A DNA stretch of 61,427 nt, taken from contig JAMIQH010000090.1 of NCBI GenBank assembly GCA_035914695.1, positions 1-61,427 of the forward strand, in the 5' to 3' direction. The stretch comes from Bacteroidota bacterium (GTDB lineage Bacteria > Bacteroidota > Ignavibacteria > SZUA-365). This document shows, piece by piece, positions 19,186 to 28,221 of the stretch; positions within the stretch are counted from its first letter, which is position 1, and every line of letters begins with the position of its first letter. The notes below the pieces were generated by a model that was not told the origin of the DNA, did not search any database, and saw only the letters and a list, made by a program, of their open reading frames with translations. The translations under genes and the position numbers were made by a program.

Positions 19186-19257
19186 GTTGCCTGAGCCGCT
19201 ACTGAAAAAGGACATCGCACGCGTTGGCGCCACGCATTTCAGCGTCGCTGTTCCGCA

Positions 19258-20655
19258 TCATACGGTGCGTGAAAAAATCTGCTTCTCGCGCTGCGCTGGC
19301 AAATAGGCATCGAAAGCCATTGCAACGTTGCGAATCACGAGTATGCCCATGCCGTTCACCGTGATGGCGTCGGGAGTGATGGTCACCAGGCCGTCGTCCA
19401 CCAGCTCCTGAAGCCGCTCCGGCACATCCGCGAAATATTCGTCGAAAACGATGCCGTACGTCTTCTCCACGGCGCGCTTGTCGAGGGCGAAATCGCACAT
19501 CAACGTCATGATCACATCGCGGCGCAACACGTCGTCGTCGGAGAGACGATAGCCCACATGCGTACTCACGCGTCCCGCGTCGAGTGCGGCGTAGTACTCG
19601 GGCAGGGTTTTCGCGTTCTGCGCGTACATGCGCGCGAATTGCCCGATACTCGTGATGCCGAAGCCGTATAAATCGGCGCCGGCATGCGTGGTGTAGCCCT
19701 GGAAATTGCGGTACAGCGTCCCGTTGCGCTGGGCCACGGCCAATTCGTTGTCGGGTTTGGCAAAGTGATCCATGCCCACGTACACATAGCCCGCCGCGTT
19801 CAGCATTTCGATGGTGCGCACGGTGATGCGCAATTTTTCCTCGGGTGTGGGCAAATCCTCGGCGCGTATCAGCGACATGTGCTTTTTCATCCACGGCACA
19901 TGCGCGTAGTTGAACACGGCGATGCGATCCGGGTCGATGGCGATGATGCGCTCGAGCGTTTCTTGAAAAGTCTCCACCGTCTGAAACGGCAAGCCGTAAA
20001 TGAGATCGAGGTTGATGCTCATGAAGCCCAGCTCGCGCGCCCAGTCCAACACCTCGCGCGTCATGTCCTCGGGCTGAATGCGATTCACCGCCTGCTGCAC
20101 ACGCGGATTGAAATCCTGCACGCCCATCGACACGCGATTGAAACCGCCTTCCTTCAAAGCCACGAGATGATCCCGCGTCATGTCGCGCGGATCGATTTCC
20201 ACACCGGCTTCGACATCATCGGCGAAAGGGAACAGCTCGCGCGTGCGCAGCGCGAGATCGCGGATCTCCTCGGGATGCAGATACGTGGGCGTGCCGCCGC
20301 CCCAGGCCAACTGCGTGACGATGCGATCTTCACGAATCAGCGGACGGAGGAGTTCCATCTCCTTTTTCACATACTGCACGTAGCTGTTGATCTTTGCGCG
20401 GTCACGCGTCACCATCATGTTGCAGCCGCAGAAGTAGCACAGCGTGTCGCAGAAGGGAATGTGATGGTACAGCGAAAGCGGCGGCAGGGCACCTTCGTCG
20501 TTGGTGGCGCGGATTTCGCCCAGATAATCATCGGCACCGAAATCGGCGGTGAACACCGGCGCGGTGGGATAGCTGGTGTAGCGCGGACCGGGACGCGAGT
20601 ACTTTTGCAGCAACGCGGTGTCGATGCCGTCGAATTGATGTATGGCCGTGCTCAT
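19258..20655 (-). CDS. hemN: Oxygen-independent coproporphyrinogen III oxidase (radical SAM)
   Basis: 465 aa. ...YSRPGPRYTSYPTAPVF...LYHHIPFCDTLCYFCGCN contains the CxxxCxxC motif. Overall it is HemN-like in length and layout. Confidence 0.9.
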   Translation of the reverse strand: MSTAIHQFDGIDTALLQKYSRPGPRYTSYPTAPVFTADFGADDYLGEIRATNDEGALPPLSLYHHIPFCDTLCYFCGCNMMVTRDRAKINSYVQYVKKEMELLRPLIREDRIVTQLAWGGGTPTYLHPEEIRDLALRTRELFPFADDVEAGVEIDPRDMTRDHLVALKEGGFNRVSMGVQDFNPRVQQAVNRIQPEDMTREVLDWARELGFMSINLDLIYGLPFQTVETFQETLERIIAIDPDRIAVFNYAHVPWMKKHMSLIRAEDLPTPEEKLRITVRTIEMLNAAGYVYVGMDHFAKPDNELAVAQRNGTLYRNFQGYTTHAGADLYGFGITSIGQFARMYAQNAKTLPEYYAALDAGRVSTHVGYRLSDDDVLRRDVIMTLMCDFALDKRAVEKTYGIVFDEYFADVPERLQELVDDGLVTITPDAITVNGMGILVIRNVAMAFDAYLPAQREKQIFSRTV

Positions 20656-20674
20656 GCTCTTCCTTTCCGCTGTG

Positions 20675-21745
20675 TCATGCGCCCGCTTCGCTGGCGCGCA
20701 GTTCCGTCGAAATATCCTTCACCGCCTGAATCATCGCTCGCGCATGCTCCACCGGCACGGTGGGAAGTATGCCATGACCGAGATTGAAGATGTGGCCGGG
20801 ATTGTTGCCGTACCACGTAAGAATGTTGCGTACCTCCTCGCGAATGCTCTCGGGCGAGGCGTACAACGCCACGGGATCCAGATTGCCCTGCAAGGCCACC
20901 TTGTCGCCGATGGCGGTGCGCACCTCGCCGATATCCACCGTCCAATCCAACCCGAGCACGTCGGCGCCACAGTCGGCCAACTCGCGCAAGGAGGAATTCG
21001 CGCCCTTGGCGAAAACGATCACGGGCACATTCGTGGCGGATTTCACCTCCTCGACAATGCGCATGATGTACGGCATGGAAAATTCGAGGAAGGCGTCCTT
21101 GGACAACACGCCGGCCCAGGTATCGAAGATTTGCACGATATCCGCACCGGCCCTGGTCTGCTCGATGAGATAGGCCGCGACCACATCCGCCAGTTTCGAT
21201 AACAGCGCGTGCATGCTGTCGGGTTCATTGTACAACATGCGCTTGACGATATCGAAATTTTTCGAGCCACCGCCTTCCACCGCGTACGAAGCGAGCGTCC
21301 ACGGCGCACCGGCGAAGCCGATGAGCGGCACGCGTCCGGCAAGGGCACGGCGCGTGGTGGCAAGCGCGTCGTACACGTAGCGCAGACGCTCCACCGCGCC
21401 ATCCACGCGCAACGCGTCGATATCGGCGCGGCTGCGCAACGGCGCGGGAAAGCGCGGACCGCCTTTGCCCTCTTCCATCAGGAATTCCATGCCCATGGCT
21501 TCGGGTACCACGAGAATGTCGGAAAAAATGATGGCGGCATCCACGCCCACGATGTCCACGGGTTGGACGGTGACCTCGGCGGCCAGTTCCGGTGTGCGGC
21601 ACAGTGAGATGAAATCCGTCCCCGCGCGCACAGCGCGATACTCCGGAAGATAGCGTCCCGCCTGACGCATCATCCAGACAGGAGTGCGTTCGGTGGGTTG
21701 CCGGCGCGCGGCGCGGAGCAGGAGGTCGTTCTGTAATGTGGACAT
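20675..21745 (-). CDS. hemE: Uroporphyrinogen decarboxylase
   Basis: MSTLQNDLLLRAARRQPTERTPVWMMRQAGRYLPEYRAVR. The start is set to ATG 21745. The 30 upstream residues in the track ORF look non-coding. Confidence 0.93.
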   Translation of the reverse strand: MSTLQNDLLLRAARRQPTERTPVWMMRQAGRYLPEYRAVRAGTDFISLCRTPELAAEVTVQPVDIVGVDAAIIFSDILVVPEAMGMEFLMEEGKGGPRFPAPLRSRADIDALRVDGAVERLRYVYDALATTRRALAGRVPLIGFAGAPWTLASYAVEGGGSKNFDIVKRMLYNEPDSMHALLSKLADVVAAYLIEQTRAGADIVQIFDTWAGVLSKDAFLEFSMPYIMRIVEEVKSATNVPVIVFAKGANSSLRELADCGADVLGLDWTVDIGEVRTAIGDKVALQGNLDPVALYASPESIREEVRNILTWYGNNPGHIFNLGHGILPTVPVEHARAMIQAVKDISTELRASEAGA

Positions 21746-21782
21746 GGTAAATCCGGAGTCGTGTATCTTTTGTGAAAAATTG

Positions 21783-22529
21783 TTACTGGTCGGACCTGCC
21801 GAAGTGGAGAATGGCCTCGGCCACGGCTTCGGCACTTTGCTGCGCGGGCAGAATATCCACTCGGAGGCCCGCGCTCGTCGCCGCTTCGCCCGTTGTGCGG
21901 CCGATCACCGCGACGGCAATCCCGCCCTGCGCGAAATCCGGCAGCACGTCGCGAAAATGCTGTACAGCCGAGGGCGAGAAAAACGCCACGCAATCGAATC
22001 CCTGCACGGCGACAAGATGCCGCAGTTGCTCGACGGCATCGGCGTCCGGAGGGAGCACGCGGTACGTGGCGATTTGCTCCACATGACCACCGCGTTGCTC
22101 AATGGCGGCCACAATTTCGTCGCGGGCTATCGGCGAACAGGGCTGCAAGTAGCGCCGCCCGCTCACGTCCCCGAGATCGGTAGGCATGTCCGCGCCATAC
22201 GAGGATGCGGCAATGGTCGCGGGCAGCAACCCTCCGCGCCGCGCGGCCGCCGCCGTGGGCGTGCCGATGGTGTGCAGCGGCGGCAGGTCGGTGGGATCGA
22301 TATGCCGCTCTTCCACACGGCGCGCGAAATAGCGTGCGGCAATGGGACTGGTGAGCAAAATGCCGTCCCATTGCGCGGGGCGGTCCAACGCGGCGTCGAG
22401 CACGTCCCAGTGTTCGGGGTCTTCAATGCGCAGCATTGGTACGTGCAACACCGTGCGTCCGGCCTCGCGCAGCAGGTCGTCGAACACGCCCATTTCGGGC
22501 CGTGTGTTCAGTATCGTGCCGAGCAGCAT
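21783..22529 (-). CDS. hemD: Uroporphyrinogen-III synthase
   Basis: A 248-aa ORF sits between hemC and hemE. MLLGTILNTRPE...HVPMLRIE...GILLTSPIAARYF is a typical HemD layout. The call rests on context plus weak motifs. Confidence 0.8.
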   Translation of the reverse strand: MLLGTILNTRPEMGVFDDLLREAGRTVLHVPMLRIEDPEHWDVLDAALDRPAQWDGILLTSPIAARYFARRVEERHIDPTDLPPLHTIGTPTAAAARRGGLLPATIAASSYGADMPTDLGDVSGRRYLQPCSPIARDEIVAAIEQRGGHVEQIATYRVLPPDADAVEQLRHLVAVQGFDCVAFFSPSAVQHFRDVLPDFAQGGIAVAVIGRTTGEAATSAGLRVDILPAQQSAEAVAEAILHFGRSDQ

Positions 22530-22532
22530 GGC

Positions 22533-23468
22533 CTACGCAGTTCCTCCACGAATGGCATCGAGAATGTCGCGCGCGCCGTTCGCCAGCAATTTATTGGCCA
22601 CGCGCACGCCGAGCGCTTCCGCTTTCGCCAGATCCTTCGTCGTACCGCGCGTATCCAGACGGATCGTTCCATCGATACTGGCCACCATGGCGTCGAGCAA
22701 CAGTCGTCCACGCTCCACACGCGCCCAGGCGCCGATGGGAATCTGGCAGCCGCCTTCGAGTGTGCGCAGCAATGCACGCTCGGCGACGGCGGCGGCAGCC
22801 GTTTCGGCGTGATGCAGACAGGCCACCACGGCGGCGGTGGCGGCGTCGCCATCACGGATCTCGATGCCCAGCGCGCCCTGTCCCACCGCGGGAAGCAGAT
22901 GCGTGGTGGGAATCACCTGCGCGATGCGATGCTCCCAGCCGAGACGCTTCACGCCCGCGTAGGCCAGCAGCATGCCGTCCCAATCCGCGCCGTCGAATTT
23001 TTCCATGCGCGTGTTGAGATTGCCGCGGATATCCACAATGCGCAGATCGGGCCGCAGATGCAGCAACTGCGCGGTGCGGCGCAGACTGCCCGTGGCCAGC
23101 ACCGCGCCTTCGCGAAGCTCGGCCAGCGAACGCGCCGTGCGGGAGATCAGCACATCGTTTACCAGCTCGCGCTCGGTGATGACCGCAATGCGCAGTCCGG
23201 CGGGAGTTTCGGTGGGCAAATCCTTCAAGCTGTGCACGGCGATGTCGACGCGCCCGTCCAGCAGCGCGTGTTCGATTTCGCGGGTGAACAGGCCCTTGTC
23301 ACCGATTTTCGACAGCGACTGATCGAGAATCTTATCGCCCTTGGTTTTGATAATATCCAGTTCCACCTCGAGGCCACGATGCGCGCGTTTCAAAACGCGC
23401 TGAACGTGTTCCGCCTGCCAGAGTGCGAGCGCGCTGCCGCGCGTACCGATCACGACTCGTTTCTTCAT
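22533..23468 (-). CDS. hemC: Hydroxymethylbilane synthase (porphobilinogen deaminase)
   Basis: MKKRVVIGTRGSALALWQAEHVQRVL...IIKTKGDKILDQSLSKIGDKGLFTREIE...GNLNTR...EGGCQIPIGA. Confidence 0.95.
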   Translation of the reverse strand: MKKRVVIGTRGSALALWQAEHVQRVLKRAHRGLEVELDIIKTKGDKILDQSLSKIGDKGLFTREIEHALLDGRVDIAVHSLKDLPTETPAGLRIAVITERELVNDVLISRTARSLAELREGAVLATGSLRRTAQLLHLRPDLRIVDIRGNLNTRMEKFDGADWDGMLLAYAGVKRLGWEHRIAQVIPTTHLLPAVGQGALGIEIRDGDAATAAVVACLHHAETAAAAVAERALLRTLEGGCQIPIGAWARVERGRLLLDAMVASIDGTIRLDTRGTTKDLAKAEALGVRVANKLLANGARDILDAIRGGTA

Positions 23469-24757
23469 TGCGTGCCATTGCCTTGTGAAGTATCGCCGGA
23501 ATCCTCTTCGAGATCGAAGAGATCGCGCACCAGTTGAATGCGCGTGGAGAGTTCGCTGCTGTCGTATGCCGGCTTTTTGATCGACACCATGGTTGGATGC
23601 AGCAACTTGTTGATGATACGCCGCGTGAGCACGTCCACGGCCTCCAGTGAGGATGCATCAATGCGATTGCGGAAGCGCTCCAGCTCGGCCGCGCGGACCT
23701 GCTCGAACTTGTCGCGCAGTTGCTGAATGGTGGGCGCGGCCTCGAGCGTGTTGTACCAGAGGAAGAAGTTCACCACTTCCTCGGTCACGATGGCATCGGC
23801 TTTCGGTATCTGCTGCCGGCGTTGCTCGAGATTCTGGTCGATGATGTTCTGTATGGAATCCAGGTCGCGCAGAAACACATTCGGCAAATCGTTTACCGTG
23901 GGCTCCACATCGCGAGGCACGGCGAGGTCGAGGATGAGTAGCGGATGATTCTGCCGTTTTTTCATCGCGCGTTTCACCGCATCGTGGCTCACCACATGCG
24001 TGGGCGCGGATGTGGCCGACACGATCATGTCGAATTCGTGCAACAATTCGGGAAAGCTCTCGAAGCGCATCGCGCGGCCGCGGATTTCGTCGGCCAACGC
24101 CACCGCTTTTTCATGCGTGCGATTGGTGACGGCGATATTGTCCACGCCCTTTTCCAGCAAATGCCGTGCGGCCAGCGCGCCGGTTTCGCCGCTGCCGATT
24201 ATCAGCACACGTTTGCCGTGCAGATCGGCGAAAATTTTCCTGGCCAATTCCACCGCCGCAAAACTCACCGACACCGCACCGATGCCGATGGCGGTTTCAT
24301 TGCGCACGCGCTTGCCCGTGTGCAAGGCGCCCATGTACAGATGGTTGAACACATTGCCCACGGCTCCCGCACGCACAGAGAGTTCGTACGACTGCTTCAC
24401 CTGATTGAGGATTTGCATGTCGCCGAGGATTTGCGAATCCACCGCCGAGGCAACGCGAAACAGATGCGCGACCGCTCCGCAGCTGAAGAAGCGAAAAAAC
24501 TGTGTGTCGTCGAATTTCTCGCGCGGACGCATTTCCCGCAACGCGCGAATCAACTCATCGCCGTCGATCTCCTCGTGCAGCGGCAGCGCGTATAGCTCTG
24601 TGCGATTGCAGGTCGAAACGATGCTCGCCTCGCGGAACAGACTCCCGGTGTGGCGGCGGAGAAAGTCCTCGATCTCTTCGTCGGACAAATGCAGGCATTC
24701 GCGCACCTTTACGGGCGCGGAATGGTGATTGACGCCGACCGCGTAGATCAATGCCAC
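23465..24757 (-). CDS. hemA: Glutamyl-tRNA reductase
   Basis: GTG start at 24757. (M)ALIYAVGVNHHSAPVKVRECL...IVSTCNRTELYA...LIIGSGETG. The stop overlaps the hemC start (ATGA). Confidence 0.95.
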   Translation of the reverse strand: MALIYAVGVNHHSAPVKVRECLHLSDEEIEDFLRRHTGSLFREASIVSTCNRTELYALPLHEEIDGDELIRALREMRPREKFDDTQFFRFFSCGAVAHLFRVASAVDSQILGDMQILNQVKQSYELSVRAGAVGNVFNHLYMGALHTGKRVRNETAIGIGAVSVSFAAVELARKIFADLHGKRVLIIGSGETGALAARHLLEKGVDNIAVTNRTHEKAVALADEIRGRAMRFESFPELLHEFDMIVSATSAPTHVVSHDAVKRAMKKRQNHPLLILDLAVPRDVEPTVNDLPNVFLRDLDSIQNIIDQNLEQRRQQIPKADAIVTEEVVNFFLWYNTLEAAPTIQQLRDKFEQVRAAELERFRNRIDASSLEAVDVLTRRIINKLLHPTMVSIKKPAYDSSELSTRIQLVRDLFDLEEDSGDTSQGNGTQ

Positions 24758-24807
24758 GATGTCCGCGCTCCTCTCCAGCGCACGCGTTCGTCATTCACTC
24801 GCATGTC

Positions 24808-25641
24808 TTACAAAAACCTGTGAAAATCGCTGAGAAACACATTGACAACGGTCAGGGACAGTACAATGGCGCCGAAGCCCCAGAGCGACAACTTCACGAT
24901 GCGGTGCCCGTCGATGCGCATCGCGTAATGCGCTAGCAGCAACATGGCGTACAGCAGCCAGACAATGCCCGTGGAAAGCAGCTTCGGATCCATCCAGGAA
25001 AAATCCGTGAACAATCGCGGCAACCATATCGCCCCCACCACGACGGAAGCGGAAAGGAACACGAAACCCACCAGCGATGATAGCACCGTCATGTGCTCCA
25101 GCCCCTCCAGACTCGGAAGGTTGCGATACGCCGAGCCGAAGCTCCCGCGCTTGAGTTCGCGGTACATCAGTAAAAACATCACCGCATGCATCGCGCTCAG
25201 CGCGAAACCCGCATAGCCGAACACCGCCAGCGTGACATGCGTCCCGATGGCCATGTTGGACAGCACGGGATTCACATCGCTGCCCGACGAGAGCTTCATC
25301 ACCACACTCGAGGTCAGCTCGAAGACCGCCGCCAGCGAGAGGATGAAAAAGCCCGTCCCCGACTCGCCCGTACGTCGCTCGATGATCACATACGTGAGCG
25401 TGATGGTGAAAGCGATAAGCGACATGATCTCGAACGGCGTGGTTACCATGCAACGGTTGTACTCCGCCGTGTGCAAACCGACATAGAGGAAATGCAACAC
25501 CGCGGTCAGCAACAGCAAAGGCGATTTGAGCCGCGCCGACACCGCGTCGGTGCTGAAAAACGACACCCCGTACATGTACGCCAGCAACACGTACGCGATG
25601 GGAAGCAGGACTTCGGCGATGCTATTTGCTATATGGAGCAC
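24808..25641 (-). CDS. hemX: CcsA/HemX-like cytochrome c assembly-family membrane protein (first gene of the heme operon)
   Basis: 277 aa with about 8 predicted TM helices. It carries a degenerate heme-handling WWD-type motif (AIWLPRLFTDFSWMDPKLL, compared with CcsA ...YWSWDPKE). Its position upstream of hemA matches B. subtilis hemAXCDBL logic. GTG start at 25641. Confidence 0.75.
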   Translation of the reverse strand: MLHIANSIAEVLLPIAYVLLAYMYGVSFFSTDAVSARLKSPLLLLTAVLHFLYVGLHTAEYNRCMVTTPFEIMSLIAFTITLTYVIIERRTGESGTGFFILSLAAVFELTSSVVMKLSSGSDVNPVLSNMAIGTHVTLAVFGYAGFALSAMHAVMFLLMYRELKRGSFGSAYRNLPSLEGLEHMTVLSSLVGFVFLSASVVVGAIWLPRLFTDFSWMDPKLLSTGIVWLLYAMLLLAHYAMRIDGHRIVKLSLWGFGAIVLSLTVVNVFLSDFHRFL

Positions 25642-25705
25642 GTTTCTCTATTCGGATACTGCATATCGTAAAAATGTAAGGAAAAATCCAGCCAGAATAC
25701 AGGCA

Positions 25706-25736
25706 GGAATCGGGTGCCGTTGCGACACCCGATTCC
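25706..25736 (-). other. Perfect 11-bp hairpin between the S9 peptidase and hemX
   Basis: GGAATCGGGTG-(9 nt)-CACCCGATTCC. A second hairpin, CCGCCG-(10 nt)-CGGCGG, lies at 25761-25782. Neither is followed by a U-tract on the minus strand, so terminator function is uncertain. Confidence 0.4.
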
Positions 25737-25792
25737 CTTCCGCGCTACTCTCCATGCTCCCGCCGCCGCAACGGCGCACGGCGGTTTCGGCA

Positions 25793-27898
25793 TCATTTCT
25801 TCCGGTGCTTGCCGATGAAATCGAAGAATTCATCAAACCAGATCAACTGCTCCTGCGGACGCAGCACCCAGTGATTCTCGTTGGGGTACACAATCAGCTT
25901 GGAAGGAATGCCCTTGACCTGCGCCACGGTGAACGCCTCGAGACTCTGCGTGTAGGGCACGCGGAAATCCTTCTCGCCCGTGATGATCAGCATCGGCGTG
26001 TCCCAATTCTGCGCGAAGCGATGCGCCGAATGCTTGTCGTAATTCGCGCGGACGGAGGAATCCCAGTACGGACCGCCATTTTCCCAATTCGTGAACCACA
26101 ACTCCTCGGTGGCGCCGTACATGCTCTCGAGATTGAACACGCCGCAATGCGACACGAAGCTGCTGAAGCGTCCCTGATGATTGCCCGCCAGCCAGAACAC
26201 CGCGTAGCCGCCAGCGCTGGCGCCAATGGCGGTGACCTGCGCCTTGTCGATATACGGCTCCTTGAGCAGCGCGTCGGTGGCCGCCAGAATATCCTGCATG
26301 GGCAAGCCGCCCCAGTCCTTGCTGATGGCGTCGTTCCAGTCCTGCCCGAAGCCCGGCAATCCGCGGCGATTGGGCGCCACCACCACGTAGCCCTGCGAGG
26401 CGAAGAGCAGGAAATTCCACGCAAAGCTGAAGAACTGGCTCACGGTGGCCTGCGGTCCACCCTGGCAGTAGGTGATCATCGGATATTTTTTCGCGGGATC
26501 GAAATCCGGAGGATACACCACCCAAGTCTGCACTTTTTTTCCGTCCACGCTCGGAATCCAGCGCTCCTCAATGGTGACCTGCTTGAACAAGCCCATTACC
26601 GCGGTGTTTTCGCCGGTCAGCGGCCAGGGACGTTCGCCCTTGCGTGCGGGCTGCGCGTACAGCTCGGTGGGTGCGTTGAAATTCCGCCGACCATACACCA
26701 GGGTTTTTCCATCGGGTGTGATATCCACGCCGGCATCGTGATTGTACACGCCTTCGGTGAGAATTTCCCAGGTGCCGTCGAGCGTCATGCGATACACCTG
26801 TACCGTGGCGCCGTTCTCGGCGGAGAAATACAGGGATTTGCTGTCGGGAGCCCACAGCGTGTGGCCCACCCATTGATCAAGGGAGGCACTCAGTTCGCGT
26901 ATCTGTCCGGATTTACGGTCGTAGAGCATCAATCGATTACGATCGGCTTCATGCCCGGCGCGCGCCATGGAATGGAAGGCGATCCAGCGGCCGTCGGGCG
27001 AATACAGCGGGTCACGGTCGAAGCCCGGCATACCCTGCGTGATGTTGCGCGTTTCGCGCGTGGCCACGTTCACCACATACACATCGGAATTGGTGCTCGT
27101 CGCGAAGTCCTTCACCTTTTTGCAGGTGTAGGCCATCTCGCTGCCATCGGGCGACCAGGCGATGCCTTCGGCACCGCCAAAGGGCTTGAGCGGCGTATCA
27201 AAGCGCTCGCCCTCCATCAGGTCCACGGCTTCGCCGCCCGCCACGGGCATGACGAAGAGGTGGGTGTAGGATTCATCGTTCCATTCGTCCCAGTGCCGCA
27301 CGGGGATGCGATCGTAGATGCGCACATTCGCCTTGGGAGCGTTGGGAAAACGTTCGGCAATGGTGGAGTCCAGCTTCACATCCGAGGTGAAGGCGATATG
27401 CGTTCCTTTGGGAGAAAAGGACAAATTGCCGATGCCGTTTTCCATATTCGTGAGCTTCACCGCTTCACCGCCCTCCAAACTCAACAGATAGCCCTGCGGC
27501 GCGCCGTCGCGCGTGGAGATGAAGGCAATGGACTTCCCATCGGGCGCCCAGATGCCGTTGTAATCCGCCGCGGGCGAGGTGGTGAGCTGGCGACGCGTCT
27601 GTCCGTCGATGGAAACAAGGTACAGATCGCTGTTGCCCCGGTTTTCTTTCAAATTGGGCGTATTGACGCCATACAGCACCCACTTGCCGTCGGGAGAAAT
27701 GGCTGGACTGTTCACACGCTTGAGCGAAAGCAATTCGGCGGAAGTGATGGCACGCGTGCGGGATGCGTACTTCTCCACCGCAACCTCTTTCAGTTTGCGC
27801 ATTTGCTCCGGTGTAAGCCGCTGCTCCTGTGCATGCACAAACGGAACGAGCAACAGGGTGGCACAGGTAACGAGTAACGCGCGGACGTAGAGGGTCAT
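25793..27898 (-). CDS. Secreted S9 prolyl oligopeptidase-family serine peptidase (beta-propeller + alpha/beta hydrolase)
   Basis: Start ATG 27898 (MTLYVRALLVTCATLLLVPFVHAQ). TolB-like propeller motifs are present (SPDGKWVLY, APDGKSIAF, SPDGRWIAF). The nucleophile is GASAGGY. The acid and base residues lie in GEKDFRVPYTQ...YPNENHWV. Confidence 0.92.
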   Translation of the reverse strand: MTLYVRALLVTCATLLLVPFVHAQEQRLTPEQMRKLKEVAVEKYASRTRAITSAELLSLKRVNSPAISPDGKWVLYGVNTPNLKENRGNSDLYLVSIDGQTRRQLTTSPAADYNGIWAPDGKSIAFISTRDGAPQGYLLSLEGGEAVKLTNMENGIGNLSFSPKGTHIAFTSDVKLDSTIAERFPNAPKANVRIYDRIPVRHWDEWNDESYTHLFVMPVAGGEAVDLMEGERFDTPLKPFGGAEGIAWSPDGSEMAYTCKKVKDFATSTNSDVYVVNVATRETRNITQGMPGFDRDPLYSPDGRWIAFHSMARAGHEADRNRLMLYDRKSGQIRELSASLDQWVGHTLWAPDSKSLYFSAENGATVQVYRMTLDGTWEILTEGVYNHDAGVDITPDGKTLVYGRRNFNAPTELYAQPARKGERPWPLTGENTAVMGLFKQVTIEERWIPSVDGKKVQTWVVYPPDFDPAKKYPMITYCQGGPQATVSQFFSFAWNFLLFASQGYVVVAPNRRGLPGFGQDWNDAISKDWGGLPMQDILAATDALLKEPYIDKAQVTAIGASAGGYAVFWLAGNHQGRFSSFVSHCGVFNLESMYGATEELWFTNWENGGPYWDSSVRANYDKHSAHRFAQNWDTPMLIITGEKDFRVPYTQSLEAFTVAQVKGIPSKLIVYPNENHWVLRPQEQLIWFDEFFDFIGKHRKK

Positions 27899-27989
27899 GG
27901 TACAACCTCGGATTATCATGAAGCGAAACAACCAATTTGTAAGATACATACTTCCGCGCGTTTTGACGAGATACCCGTGTGCGCGGCAG

Positions 27990-28221
27990 GGGGATAGCTC
28001 ACGCGAAGACGAAGGGGGAATCGCTCACGCGAAGACGCGAGGATGCGAAGGATTGTTATAGCGCAACCCGCCGAGTTCGGAGTTCAGGGCAATCGAGTCA
28101 AACGCAAAGACGCAGCGACGCGTAGCCGCGATTTCCTCCATGCCCTCCGTGTTCGCGAAGCGCTCTGTGTACTATGTGTTCCAGCGCAGCGCTCTGTGTA
28201 CTCTGTGTTCCAGCGCAGCGC
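27990..28221. repeat. Composite palindromic intergenic repeat, copy 2
   Basis: Left arm: two ctcacgcgaagacg units followed by aggatgcgaagg. Shared centre: gattgttatagcgca...aatcgagtcaaacgcaaagacgcagcgacgc (28091-28121). Right arm: cctccgtgttcgcgaagcgctctgtgtactatgtgttccagcgca / gcgctctgtgtactctgtgttccagcgca. It ends exactly at the stop codon of the BNR gene. Confidence 0.8.
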
